From contig JAEUIE010000054.1 in NCBI GenBank assembly GCA_016795155.1, forward strand, positions 1,755 through 65,754: a stretch of 64,000 nucleotides of DNA, in the 5' to 3' direction. The DNA comes from Planctomycetia bacterium. Its GTDB lineage: Bacteria > Planctomycetota > Planctomycetia > Gemmatales > HRBIN36. The translations under genes were made by a program, and so were the position numbers. The notes under the pieces were generated by a model. The model saw nothing but the letters and a program-made list of their open reading frames with translations, ran no database searches and was not told the origin of the DNA. The stretch's first letter is position 1, and every line of letters starts with the position of its first letter. Below, piece after piece: positions 37,701 to 46,585 of this stretch.

Positions 37701-38161
37701 GGCACCGGCTGCATCATCGATGTGATGGATGTCAGGAAGAGGGGTGAGGGGACAGAAGTCAGGGGTGAGGAGGCAGTATTCTCCCCTCTCCCCTCTGGGG
37801 AGAGGGGTTGGGGGTGAGGGGATTCTATCTGAGCGGATGTTTGAAGCCCCAGGAGCGACTTCAAGACCTTGAGCCTGCCTCCAGGTTCATCGCGATCAGG
37901 CACTTCGACAGGGCGACAGCCCAGAAAGGTTTCCAGATCGTCGCTCCAGACATCAATATCGGTGGCATGTGCCAGGACGATGAGCGTGGGACCCGCATTC
38001 ATTTCCGCCAGGGAAGCAGCAGACAGAGCAGCGGAAGAACCCCAGGCGCCATCGATGGTGCCTGCCCGGTTTTTTCTGAGCGCAGCCAACACATCAGCGA
38101 AGCCAGGGTGTTCCCTGAGCAGCGCTGGCAATTGTGTTAGCGACGTAATGCGTGATGCCAT
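34754..38161 (-). CDS. mfd: Transcription-repair coupling factor Mfd
   Basis: 1135 aa. The CarD/RNAP-interacting region is GIARYKGL. Helicase motif I is GDVGYGKTEVALRAAF, motif II is VIIDEEQRFGV, and the C-terminal side carries QLRGRVGR and a TRG-like region. Confidence 0.95.
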   Translation of the reverse strand: MASRITSLTQLPALLREHPGFADVLAALRKNRAGTIDGAWGSSAALSAASLAEMNAGPTLIVLAHATDIDVWSDDLETFLGCRPVEVPDRDEPGGRLKVLKSLLGLQTSAQIESPHPQPLSPEGRGENTASSPLTSVPSPLFLTSITSMMQPVPSPAALAAQSRELVKDDEVRLESLITWLVEGGYTRTEVVELPGEFSKRGGILDIYPADADRPVRLEFFGDIIDSIRRFAPETQRSQEAIDHVNVTVFTQQGLSDTVPFTRYLPAGAIVILVEPADLREQAKVFLERVDDIKGLFSIDATFKHLIAHPSVHITALPTISAEATCHLQIESVERFSGDAAKVKEELATLSGEIVIACPSKGEQQRLSELLNAASTAPTKEESSKSKKKNAPSTSLSTQDSALRTDSSGLSTLLLPGHIRSGFRLVNSQLTVLGAQELFRRDAAATSHRISVRKYETRAIESFLDLAEDDLVVHVNHGIARYKGLQVLDTKGQLSEHMLLEFAAGTKMYVPTDKIDLVQKYVGGGNTAPELSKLGGTTWAKRKEKVREAVLDLAAEMVDLQAQRSTLPGFSYPADSVWMNEFESAFPYEETPDQHTAIGDVKKDLEHPHPMDRLLCGDVGYGKTEVALRAAFKAVDAGKQVAVLVPTTVLAEQHYRTFSTRLAAFPFKVACLSRFRRPGEQKEMVKQLNAGQLDIAVGTHRLLSKDVTFKDLGLVIIDEEQRFGVEHKEKLKKLRSQVHVLTMTATPIPRTLHMSLLGIRDISNLETPPQGRMPIETRICRFDPELVRHAIRRELAREGQIYFVHNRVFDIEAVAHRLQQIVPEARILIGHGQMNERELEQVMIQFVKHQADILLATTIIESGLDIPNTNTIFIDDADRYGLADLHQLRGRVGRYKHRAYCYLLLDPNRKLTDIAAKRLKAIEEFRELGAGFKIALRDLEIRGAGNILGAEQSGHIASVGYELYCQLLEEAVRRAKKQPVRQMIEVTVELPWPAFLPASYVEGQKAKIEVYRRLGRVKSLDRLADFQDELADRYGPLPEPVTNLIKMHELRILAAKWSVAHIRLEGKDLVLEYRQRNRIDKLAALSGPVPELPNQSRIPGNRLRVVDDETAYYRLYLDEEKTPEGMYGCLKGLFS
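36926..36980 (-). repeat. Short tandem gtgctgagtcctg-type repeats inside mfd (low-complexity linker)
   Basis: agtgctgagtcctgaagaatcagtcctgagtgctgagtcctgcgtgctgagtgaag encodes STSLSTQDSALRTDSSGLST within a Lys/Ser-rich insert. Confidence 0.7.
37741..37821 (-). repeat. GGGGAGAGGGG/GGGGTGAGGGG dispersed repeat copy, in frame within mfd
   Basis: ctcccctctcccctctggggagaggggttgggggtgagggg, with flanking ggggtgagg half-copies, is translated as ESPHPQPLSPEGRGENTASSPLTSVPSPL. Confidence 0.85.
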
Positions 38162-38215
38162 GCACTTTCCGGTGTAAACGGGTTGTGCTGTTATATGGGC
38201 AGGTTTCGTGAGAAC

Positions 38216-38848
38216 CTACTGTCTGCGCCGTCCCAGTGCCAGACTCAACTTGCCGAAGAAGGGAGTGCTATTCACTTCCGGTGCGCGAACGCCTGCCGCC
38301 AGGGTGGCTGCCACCGCACAGGTACCTGCCATCTTGCCTGGCGCAGGCAAAGGCGATTTCTTCAGCACGGTATCATCGTAATGTAATAACAGGAGTTGAT
38401 GCTGATCAGCAAACTCATCCAGCGCTGACTGTTGCTTGCGTCGGGCGGAGGCGGCCAGAGCCATGATACTCTGCAGGCTATATCCTGCACGTCGGCAAAA
38501 CAGCCGTGCTGCTTCCTGCAAATCTTCCAGCAACAGTTCACGCCGACTGGCTATTCCCAAGGTTAAAGTGGGAGGCCGGAGGATGACCAGCCGATCCACC
38601 TCAGGCCGAGGTCCGATCAGTTGATCACTGATGATGACCAGTGGCGTGGCAGGATCGGGCTCACGAGGCACTTCATCTGTCATGCTGATGAAAGGAGGCA
38701 ACTCCATCAGTTTTTGCCCGGCCTGCTGCACGATGGTAACGGTCTGCTCACGTTCAATCAGTTTTGAAATAATCTCCAGCGCCAGCGGATCGTCCGGCTT
38801 CCAGCTTCGTTGCGTGGCGTGGTGATGGAGGGAAAATGGGTTAGCCAT
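38216..38848 (-). CDS. CobE/CbiG C-terminal-domain-like protein
   Basis: LTLGIASRRELLLEDLQEAARLFCRRAGYSLQSIMALAASARRKQQSALDEFADQHQLLLLHY resembles the CbiG_C/CobE pattern (GIGCRRG...). Similarity is weak to moderate. Confidence 0.35.
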   Translation of the reverse strand: MANPFSLHHHATQRSWKPDDPLALEIISKLIEREQTVTIVQQAGQKLMELPPFISMTDEVPREPDPATPLVIISDQLIGPRPEVDRLVILRPPTLTLGIASRRELLLEDLQEAARLFCRRAGYSLQSIMALAASARRKQQSALDEFADQHQLLLLHYDDTVLKKSPLPAPGKMAGTCAVAATLAAGVRAPEVNSTPFFGKLSLALGRRRQ

Positions 38849-38925
38849 TTTATCATTATACAGTTGAACTGCCGGTATCTCTGCGGATAGGGTGATGGCA
38901 GGCAGATTGCTTTCGGAGCTATACC

Positions 38926-39225
38926 ATGATCTTCTACCGCGTCACCATCATTCTGCAGCCTGGCATAGAAAGCGAATGGGTAAACTGGATGCAGCAAGTG
39001 CACATCCCGGATGTACTCAAGACAGGCTATTTTGAACAGTGTCGAATGTTCCGTGAACTGGAAGCCAGTGAACCAACGTTTGTGATGGAGTACCAGTGCC
39101 GCTCGCTGGAAGATTATCAGCGCTATCGCGAGCAACATGCACCTGCCTTGCAGAAAGAACATACGGAGCGCTATGCCGGGCGATTTCGAGGCACCCGGCA
39201 ACTGCTGGAATGTTTGTCAAGTTAA
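38926..39225 (+). CDS. DUF4286 family protein
   Basis: MIFYRVTIILQPGIESEWVNWMQQVHIPDVLKTGYF...YQCRSLEDYQRY fits the DUF4286 consensus as I remember it. Confidence 0.55.
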   Translation: MIFYRVTIILQPGIESEWVNWMQQVHIPDVLKTGYFEQCRMFRELEASEPTFVMEYQCRSLEDYQRYREQHAPALQKEHTERYAGRFRGTRQLLECLSS

Positions 39226-39326
39226 TCTTCAGAACTGCTTCATCATTCCATCACATTTTGCTTGCATCGGCTTGGGCGATTTGTCTATAGTGTCGGCAGA
39301 CAACTTGTGTTCAGGGAGGCGAGCCA

Positions 39327-39623
39327 GTGTCGACTACACCCAAAATTGCCGGTACGAAGTTCAAGAGCGGGCAGCGGTGGAATGTGGAACCAAAGTTGAT
39401 GGAACATGGCACACCATTTCAGGAACGGGATCACCAGTATCAATTTCGCGTGATGGATAAGCAGACCGGCCAAACGGTCGCTGTGTTCCATCGTGAAGAA
39501 ATTCGCACCACCTGCGGCCTGGTGTATACCGGCGTCAAGTCTGTGGAAATTTCCGATGACGATTCAGCCGTGCTGACTGAATTTGTCGATGGCCGCAAGG
39601 AGATGCATCCGCTGCCGGTGTAG
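39327..39623 (+). CDS. Hypothetical protein (98 aa)
   Basis: It has a GTG start with a GGGAGG RBS and is followed by a terminator. I recognise no family. Confidence 0.45.
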   Translation: MSTTPKIAGTKFKSGQRWNVEPKLMEHGTPFQERDHQYQFRVMDKQTGQTVAVFHREEIRTTCGLVYTGVKSVEISDDDSAVLTEFVDGRKEMHPLPV

Positions 39624-39648
39624 ATGATTACTGTGCAATTGACTCTTG

Positions 39649-39676
39649 AATCCTGCCGATGGAGGCAGGATTTTTG
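39649..39676 (+). terminator. Rho-independent terminator
   Basis: aatcctgcc-gatgga-ggcaggatt is followed by tttg. Confidence 0.7.
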
Positions 39677-39788
39677 CTTCTCAGGATTGACCATTTTGAT
39701 CACAGTTAGTTACTTTTGACTAAAAGCAATTCCAGGCTCATGGCATTGCAACTGCCCAGACAGTGAGATATGAGGCTCCATCGTAACC

Positions 39789-40217
39789 TTAAGACAACCA
39801 GTTTTCTACTCGAAGTCCTTGTACTTGGGCAAAGTCCCGCAAGTTGGCCGAAAGCAATAGTGCGTTCTGAGTCAGGGCAATGGAAGCGATCTTCAAGTCC
39901 ATCGTGCCGATGCGAAGCTTATTTGCTTTGAGTTGTTCGAAAGCCTCAACTGCTGCGTCATCAAACAAGGCAATATGGTAATCCGAGTAAAACTCAAACA
40001 GCGTGGCTAATTCACGGTACGGAGCAATGTGGCGACGGACATGCCGTTCCCTTGCGATGGAAGCCAGCCAGCCACGGAGTTGCTCTTCGATAGTGATAAT
40101 GGTGACGCCCAATTCGGTATCCGAAGGCAACGCCAAAAGCTTCGTCTTCAAGAATCGAGCACGCTCGTTATCAGTAAATTTCAAAATCGATGCGTGATCG
40201 GTATCAAGCAGAATCAT
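39789..40217 (-). CDS. vapC: PIN-domain toxin VapC
   Basis: The start MILLDTDHASIL carries the first acidic residue of the PIN fold. It is 142 aa and overlaps the upstream small ORF by 4 bp. Confidence 0.8.
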   Translation of the reverse strand: MILLDTDHASILKFTDNERARFLKTKLLALPSDTELGVTIITIEEQLRGWLASIARERHVRRHIAPYRELATLFEFYSDYHIALFDDAAVEAFEQLKANKLRIGTMDLKIASIALTQNALLLSANLRDFAQVQGLRVENWLS

Positions 40218-40423
40218 GCATCCTGTTCCCCACGGTGTGCAGCTTCCCTGTCGGCTTCACGAATCTTGCGGCCTTCTTCGTCAATCTGTTTCATCAACTC
40301 ACTGTCGCCAGCAATACCGAGCGATCGACGCCAGTCCTTCTTCCGCTCTTGTTTACTGAAGATAGCTGCTTCCAATGCTGCAACGCGATGGGCAAGCGAT
40401 TCTAATGAAATGGGTTCATTCAT
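40214..40423 (-). CDS. Putative antitoxin of the VapC pair
   Basis: 69 aa, charged and helical. Its stop overlaps the vapC start. The family is not recognised, so the call rests on context. Confidence 0.55.
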   Translation of the reverse strand: MNEPISLESLAHRVAALEAAIFSKQERKKDWRRSLGIAGDSELMKQIDEEGRKIREADREAAHRGEQDA

Positions 40424-40646
40424 CGGTTAACTCCAACATCAACCTTAATCATACCCATATTTGCAAGACAAGCCAAGCAGCGCGGTGATTCGCTGCCTCG
40501 ATTATCCATGAATTGCAGCGGAGCTGATGCGATTGACTTTCAACTTACCTTGATGCAATGAGTTTGGACAAGCAAACATTAGCATTCTCCCCTGCCTCAT
40601 GCTATCATGCTCCCATCTCTCAACTTACTGAAGAAGGAGACTCTCC

Positions 40647-42125
40647 ATGTCTGCTGTTGCTGATGCTCCCAAAACCAAACGGCCCACTGTTCACCTGCCC
40701 CAGCGCAAGTTGCTGATCGATGGCAAACACCACGATGCCATGTCGGGGAAGACTTTTCCCACCGTGAACCCGGCTACCGAAGAAAAGATTGCCGATGTGC
40801 CCTATGCTGGCAAGGAAGATGTCGATCTGGCTGTGAAAGCTGCAACGCACGCTTTCAACGAAGGTGCCTGGCCCAAGATGGATGCCCGCGACCGGGGTCG
40901 GCTGCTTTACAAGCTCGCTGACCTTATTGAAAAGAACATCGACGACCTGGCTGCTCTCGAATCGCTCGACAATGGCAAGCCCATTCGTGAATCGCGGCAT
41001 GGCGACTTGCCTCTGGTCATCGACTGTCTGCGCTATTACGCTGGCTGGGCTGACAAGATTCAGGGCGAAGTGGTGCCTGTCCGTGGAGGCAACTTCTGTT
41101 ACACCAAGCGCGAGCCGGTGGGCGTTGTCGGGCAGATCATCCCATGGAACTTCCCCATGCTGATGACTGCCTGGAAATGGGGTCCTGCCCTGGCTGCTGG
41201 TTGCACCATCGTCATGAAGCCGGCTGAACAGACTCCACTGAGTTGTCTGCGCATGGGCGAACTGGCCATGGAAGCAGGCTTTCCACCTGGTGTCATCAAC
41301 ATCCTGACTGGCTTTGGCGACACTGGCTCGGCCCTGGTGCAACACCCAGGCGTCGACAAGATCGCCTTCACCGGCCACACCGATACCGCCAAGATCATCA
41401 TGAAGGAATCAGCTGCCACGCTCAAGCGGCTGACTTTCGAACTGGGCGGCAAGAGCCCGAACATTGTCTTTGCTGATGCTGACCTGAACGAAGCAGCAGC
41501 GGGCGCGTTCCTGGGCATCTACCTCAACCAGGGGCAGTGCTGCTGTGCAGGCTCTCGCCTGTTCGTGGAAGAGAAGGCTCACGATCAGGTGGTGGATATT
41601 CTGCAGAAGAAGGCCAAAGCTCATCGCGTGGGCGATCCGTTCGATATCGCCACCGAGCAAGGCCCGCAGATTGATAAGGATCAGTTCGACAAGATCATGC
41701 ACTACATCGACGCTGGCAGGAAGCAGGGCGCCAAGTGCCTGGCGGGCGGCGAACGGCAAGGGGACAAAGGCTTCTTCATCAAGCCGACCATCTTTGCTGA
41801 TGCGAAGGATGATATGGACATCATGAAGGAAGAAATCTTCGGCCCGGTGCTGAGCATCACACGGTTCAAGGATGTGAGCGAAGTGATCAAGCGTGCCAAC
41901 GCCACCAACTACGGTTTAGCCGCAGCAGTGTGGACGAAGGACATCAACAAGGCTCACCGCATTGCTGATGCAGTGCGAGCGGGCACTGTCTGGATCAACT
42001 GTTACGACGCCTTCGACGCCGCCGCCCCATTCGGTGGTTTCAAACAAAGCGGCCAAGGCCGCGAGCTGGGCGCCAAGGGCCTGGATGCGTATACCGAGAC
42101 GAAGACGGTGGTGATTAAGTTGTAA
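40647..42125 (+). CDS. NAD(P)-dependent aldehyde dehydrogenase
   Basis: The motifs are [17 protein letters not shown], the catalytic FELGGKSP and [11 protein letters not shown] (Glu and Cys), and EEIFGPV. Confidence 0.95.
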   Translation: MSAVADAPKTKRPTVHLPQRKLLIDGKHHDAMSGKTFPTVNPATEEKIADVPYAGKEDVDLAVKAATHAFNEGAWPKMDARDRGRLLYKLADLIEKNIDDLAALESLDNGKPIRESRHGDLPLVIDCLRYYAGWADKIQGEVVPVRGGNFCYTKREPVGVVGQIIPWNFPMLMTAWKWGPALAAGCTIVMKPAEQTPLSCLRMGELAMEAGFPPGVINILTGFGDTGSALVQHPGVDKIAFTGHTDTAKIIMKESAATLKRLTFELGGKSPNIVFADADLNEAAAGAFLGIYLNQGQCCCAGSRLFVEEKAHDQVVDILQKKAKAHRVGDPFDIATEQGPQIDKDQFDKIMHYIDAGRKQGAKCLAGGERQGDKGFFIKPTIFADAKDDMDIMKEEIFGPVLSITRFKDVSEVIKRANATNYGLAAAVWTKDINKAHRIADAVRAGTVWINCYDAFDAAAPFGGFKQSGQGRELGAKGLDAYTETKTVVIKL

Positions 42126-42135
42126 CACTCTTACT

Positions 42136-42174
42136 CCCCTCTCCCTCCCGGGGAGAGGGGCCGGGGGTGAGGGG
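42136..42174. repeat. GGGGAGAGGGG/GGGGTGAGGGG dispersed repeat copy
   Basis: cccctctccctcccggggagaggggccgggggtgagggg lies immediately after the aldehyde dehydrogenase stop. Confidence 0.9.
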
Positions 42175-42219
42175 TATCCTTTTTCGTATTAAACCCGATG
42201 AGAACCTACGCCTGCATTG

Positions 42220-42320
42220 CAGCCCCGAAAGGGGCGACCAGCCAGTAGCCAGGGGTGACCGAAGGGAACCCCTGGTAAGAGTTCCAAAAAGAATTCTCCA
42301 GGCACCCTGAAGGGGTGTGC
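42220..42320 (-). repeat. Hairpin-rich about 100-bp repeat, inverted copy (left flank of the RM gene)
   Basis: Its reverse complement aligns with 46151..46249. Identical blocks are caccccttcagggtgcc, ccaggggttcccttcggtcacccctggcta and gtcgcccctttcggggctg. Confidence 0.9.
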
Positions 42321-42384
42321 ATCTCCGGACTCTAGTCTGCTCCATATAGCTTTGCACTCCTGTTTCAGTTACAATTCGCCGCCT

Positions 42385-45300
42385 ATGAAACAATCTACTG
42401 TTCCAACAATCAACGAAGTCGACTTCTGCGGAAAGATGGCGACTGCAGCGACTACATTCTTTGCTAACAACCCAGGTCGATGCCCATTTATAGAAGCTCG
42501 GATTGAAGGTTTAGGCAGCAGTAGAAGCAAAAACGCACGAAAAGATCTGCGTTTCTATGGCCCAAATCAAAAAATCCTACTCACTGGTGAAGTAAAGTTA
42601 CCAGGTAACACCAGCGCGTTCGATTCAAAGGTGGTAAAGGATGCTCACGACAAAGCAGAAGAGGCGATAGTCCAGTATTTCTTTACTTGGGATGTTAACA
42701 CCTTTGTGCTATGGGATCGTTCCCAATGGAAAAAGCCGCTTCTGGAACGACGAATGAAGGTCTGGCAATTACGGCTTAACCTAGCAAGCCCGCAAGAAGT
42801 CGCCCGAACCGAATCACTTGACCACATTGAAAAACGATTTCTTCCGGATCTTCTACTTGATCTATCCGACATAGTATCTGGCCTCAAGCGTGACTGGGCC
42901 TTGCCTCAGGACGAAGTCTTCCTGCGTTCATTGGAAAGTCATCTTGAATGGCCAGTGGCACTTCTGCGATTACACCTTCACCAGAAAACAGAGACTGATA
43001 AAGGATTCGATTTACGACTCCAAGAGTGGATGGTTACCAACGATCTTCAGGTAAGACGAACCCAGCCGGATGAATGGAGAAAAGCGCTCGATACTGCTGC
43101 GCGATCGCTAGCCTATATCTGGACGAATCGACTTATTTTCTACAAAGCGCTGCGCGCACGTTTTCCGGAATTGCCCAAACTCGAACTTGGGTCCAACATC
43201 AAGAACAAGCAGCAAGCATTGAGAAGACTTGATGATCTGTTTACGAAAGCTGCAAAACGCAGTGGCGATTATGAATCGTTGCTGTTTCCCGAAACACATG
43301 ACTGGGCCAATGAATTGGTTTTTGTGCCCGAGGGTTCAGTTGATGCCTGGCGTGGTTTTCTTCGAGGTATTGAGAGTGTCGACTTCCATGAAGTCTCATC
43401 AGATGTTATCGGGCTCATCTTTCAAAAGCTGGTCAGCCCTGAAACCCGTCATCGCTATGGACAGCATTTTACCGGTCCTGATCCAGTCGATTTGATCAAC
43501 TCGTTTTGCATCCGTAAAGCCGATGCAAAAGTTCTTGATCCCGCCTGTGGTTCTGGTTCATTCCTCGTGCGCGCTTATTACCGTAAGCGTGCTATGAACT
43601 CCAGACGCTCTCACGTGGACATGCTGGGTGATCTCTTCGGATGTGACGTTTCTTTGTATCCGGCTCATCTGGCAACGCTCAATCTGGCAGCCCGTGAAAT
43701 CAACGACGAAGCGAATTATCCGAGGATTGAACGGCGTGACTTTTTCGACATCAAGGCAGGGAAGCCTTTCTGTCACATCCCTGAACAACCAAGTGGTGAA
43801 CAGGTTGCTATTAAACTGCCTGAACTCGATGCTGTCGTCGGCAATCCCCCTTATGTTCGACAAGAGAAGATTGCCAAGAAAGATAAGCCAAAGTATGCCA
43901 AGGTTGTTGATGACGCATTCAAGGGCACTGAACTATCCGGGCGGGCTGACTTACATTGTTATTTCTGGCCCCATGCAGCCAGGTTTTTGAAAGAAGGGGC
44001 AGCATTCGGATTCCTGACCAGCGGGCAATGGCTGGATGTTGATTATGGATTTGATTTACAACGATGGATTCTCAAGCATTTCAAGATTATTGCCATTATG
44101 GAGAGTTCCACCGAACGATGGTTTCCCGATGCACGGGTGAAGACTTGTATTACGATTCTTGAACGATGTAGTGATGAGGCAGATCGTCGGAAGAACACTG
44201 TACGCTTCGTCCGTTTCGAGAAACCCCTGGCCGATATCATTGGCAAACCTGCAACGGGTGGTGTTGGTGAAGAAGCGGAAGACCAGGAGCGAATCCGACA
44301 ACAGGCCGTTGATCGAGTTCGTGATGCTATCGAACGGTCAACCCGCAATTGTCACGATGACCGGTGGCGAATACTGGTTAAACGACAAGGAGACTTATGG
44401 GATGATGGGGTTAGAGTCGGGGCTATCCTCAAGGATGTTCCAGTCGACGAATCAGATGAAGAGGATGATACAGAACAGAACAGCGAGAGTTTATCCAAGT
44501 ATGCCATCGCAGCCGAAGGCGATTATGCTGCAGGAAAGTGGGGCCGTTACCTGCGTGCTCCTGATTTGTATTTCGAAATCATGGAGAGAATTAAGGGCCG
44601 CCTTGTACCGTTGGGACAAATAGTGGACATTCGATTTGGTGTGAAGACCGGCTGCGACGCGTTCTTTATGCCCAAGGATGTTACCGATTACTTACTTGAA
44701 CAGTACCCCAAAGAGAACGTGTTCCTGGATGCTGTTGGAATATCTCGAAAGAAAGTATCCAATGGCTCATTAAAGATCATTGAAGATGGCGACGGAACCT
44801 ATCATCCAATCGAACCCCAATTTATTAGGCCTGAAGTTCACAGCTTGATGAAGGTAGATAGACCAGTTGTTAGAGAGAACGATCTTGATCGCGTTGTGCT
44901 ATTGGTCAAATCTCCCTTATCGGCGATCAAAGGCACGTTTGCCTATCGATATGTGAAATATGGAGAGCAAGCGACCTACGCCAGTACGAAGAGCAAGGCT
45001 GTGCCTGTACCTGAACGTTCGACCTGTGCTGCTCGTGATCCTTGGTACGACCTAACCAAACTTGTCAATCCTGGGTTTGCATTCTGGCCTAAATCTCAAC
45101 AATATCGGCACATAATTCCTGCAAATCCGAAAGAGTTAGTGTGCAACTGTAATCTTTATGATTTAGGGGCGAGAGAGTTGAACAAGCAAGATCAACAAGT
45201 GCTTGTGGCCATAATTAATAGCACGCTGATTGGTTTGTTCAAAACTTTCTATGGTCGGTATGCAGGCACAGAAGGCAATCTCAAAACCGAAGTAATCGAC

Positions 45301-46134
45301 GTGAATTTGATCGAAGTTCCTGATCCGCGCGGCGTTGATAACCGTATCGGGGAGAGACTGAAAGCAGCTCTGAGGTCAATATCAAGTCGAGTCGTTGAAG
45401 GCTTGGTAGAGGAAGAACTAAAAGAATGCCATACATATCAACGCGCAATTGAATTATCCAAACGACCGATCACACTTCCTGAAGAACTTAAACAATCTGA
45501 CCGTCGTGAACTAGATGATGCTGTTTTTGAACTGCTTGGTGTAGCTGACCAAAAAGAACGATCCGCCCTTGTTGATCGCCTGTATGAAGAAACGACTTTG
45601 CATTTCCGCGATGTACGAGTCACTGAAATCCAGAAGATGGAGGACCGGCGTAAAGGCGGTAGCACCAGATTTGGCATCACCGATCAAGCTGCCGACGTCT
45701 GGGATGCATTAGACCTTTCCGATATGACTCCATTGACTGAGTGGGTTACCGATCAGGCAGCCGATGAATGGGAAGTTATCAATATTCCAAGTGAGCGCCC
45801 GGTCTATTTATCAGAAGATACACTTTTCGATGCCGAGACAGTCTATTTCGGCAGGGGAAAACGGCAGCACATGGTCTGTCAATCACGAGGCGAAGCCGAG
45901 CTTGTCGCTCGAATGGCTGATCTTGGGGTAAGTGATGATGTAACTGTTCCTAAGCGTCATGAAGATGCCCAGAAACTATTGAAGCGATTGAATGACAGGC
46001 ATTTAGTAGCAGTGAAGCGACTCAGTGAACTCGCAGCTAGTCGTAGCGGTGACAGTGCAATGCAGGATGATGTTTTTAAGCTGCTTGAGCGTTGGTATGT
46101 GCTCGGGAAACCTACGAAAGATAAAAACAGATAA
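42385..46134 (+). CDS. Type IIG restriction-modification enzyme (PD-(D/E)xK nuclease + gamma-class N6-adenine MTase + specificity region), MmeI/Eco57I-like
   Basis: The N-terminus DLRFYGPNQKILLTGEVK is a D-X14-E-X-K motif (compare MmeI DLFWPG..LIEMK). MTase motif I is VLDPACGSGSFLV and motif IV is VVGNPPYV. FGVKTGCDAFF is TaqI_C-like. It is 1249 aa from the ATG at 42385. Confidence 0.75.
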   Translation: MKQSTVPTINEVDFCGKMATAATTFFANNPGRCPFIEARIEGLGSSRSKNARKDLRFYGPNQKILLTGEVKLPGNTSAFDSKVVKDAHDKAEEAIVQYFFTWDVNTFVLWDRSQWKKPLLERRMKVWQLRLNLASPQEVARTESLDHIEKRFLPDLLLDLSDIVSGLKRDWALPQDEVFLRSLESHLEWPVALLRLHLHQKTETDKGFDLRLQEWMVTNDLQVRRTQPDEWRKALDTAARSLAYIWTNRLIFYKALRARFPELPKLELGSNIKNKQQALRRLDDLFTKAAKRSGDYESLLFPETHDWANELVFVPEGSVDAWRGFLRGIESVDFHEVSSDVIGLIFQKLVSPETRHRYGQHFTGPDPVDLINSFCIRKADAKVLDPACGSGSFLVRAYYRKRAMNSRRSHVDMLGDLFGCDVSLYPAHLATLNLAAREINDEANYPRIERRDFFDIKAGKPFCHIPEQPSGEQVAIKLPELDAVVGNPPYVRQEKIAKKDKPKYAKVVDDAFKGTELSGRADLHCYFWPHAARFLKEGAAFGFLTSGQWLDVDYGFDLQRWILKHFKIIAIMESSTERWFPDARVKTCITILERCSDEADRRKNTVRFVRFEKPLADIIGKPATGGVGEEAEDQERIRQQAVDRVRDAIERSTRNCHDDRWRILVKRQGDLWDDGVRVGAILKDVPVDESDEEDDTEQNSESLSKYAIAAEGDYAAGKWGRYLRAPDLYFEIMERIKGRLVPLGQIVDIRFGVKTGCDAFFMPKDVTDYLLEQYPKENVFLDAVGISRKKVSNGSLKIIEDGDGTYHPIEPQFIRPEVHSLMKVDRPVVRENDLDRVVLLVKSPLSAIKGTFAYRYVKYGEQATYASTKSKAVPVPERSTCAARDPWYDLTKLVNPGFAFWPKSQQYRHIIPANPKELVCNCNLYDLGARELNKQDQQVLVAIINSTLIGLFKTFYGRYAGTEGNLKTEVIDVNLIEVPDPRGVDNRIGERLKAALRSISSRVVEGLVEEELKECHTYQRAIELSKRPITLPEELKQSDRRELDDAVFELLGVADQKERSALVDRLYEETTLHFRDVRVTEIQKMEDRRKGGSTRFGITDQAADVWDALDLSDMTPLTEWVTDQAADEWEVINIPSERPVYLSEDTLFDAETVYFGRGKRQHMVCQSRGEAELVARMADLGVSDDVTVPKRHEDAQKLLKRLNDRHLVAVKRLSELAASRSGDSAMQDDVFKLLERWYVLGKPTKDKNR

Positions 46135-46150
46135 TACAAGTTTCAGTTTC

Positions 46151-46249
46151 AGCACCCCTTCAGGGTGCCGGGAGGATTTTTTCTGTTCCTTTTCCAGGGG
46201 TTCCCTTCGGTCACCCCTGGCTAACATCGGGTCGCCCCTTTCGGGGCTG
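46151..46249 (+). repeat. Hairpin-rich about 100-bp repeat, direct copy (right flank of the RM gene)
   Basis: It contains three local hairpins: cacccc-ttca-gggtg, ccagggg...cccctgg and gcccc-tttc-ggggc. It begins 17 nt after the RM stop. Confidence 0.9.
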
Positions 46250-46260
46250 ATGCTTGCCCT

Positions 46261-46289
46261 GGGTGCCACCGTTTGCGTACTCGCTAACG
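46261..46289 (+). repeat. 29-nt box, copy 1
   Basis: gggtgccaccgtttgcgtactcgctaacg is identical to 47030..47058. Confidence 0.9.
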
Positions 46290-46360
46290 ATGCGGCATGC
46301 CCGCTTGATCCTCTCCTTATTTCAGGGTACGATAACTTGAGAAATCAAGAGACAACACTT

Positions 46361-46570
46361 ATGGCCGCTAGAAGCAAAAAGACTGATCCCAGGCTCGCCA
46401 AAATCTATGCCGATGTGCGTCGCAATTTCACTGCTGCGGATTTGCAGAAATATACCGAAGTCACACCGACAGTGCCTCTTCTGAGCATCATTGAGGAGTT
46501 GGAAGACATCCAGTCCAAGCACGATGCCAAAAAAAGTCGAACCGGCAAACGGCGCAGGAAAACAGCGTAG
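46361..46570 (+). CDS. Putative antitoxin (69 aa, basic C-terminus)
   Basis: MAARSKKTDPRLAKIYADVRRNF... lies 15 nt upstream of a RelE/ParE-like small ORF. The call rests on context only. Confidence 0.4.
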   Translation: MAARSKKTDPRLAKIYADVRRNFTAADLQKYTEVTPTVPLLSIIEELEDIQSKHDAKKSRTGKRRRKTA

Positions 46571-46585
46571 CTTTGGAGCACCTTC

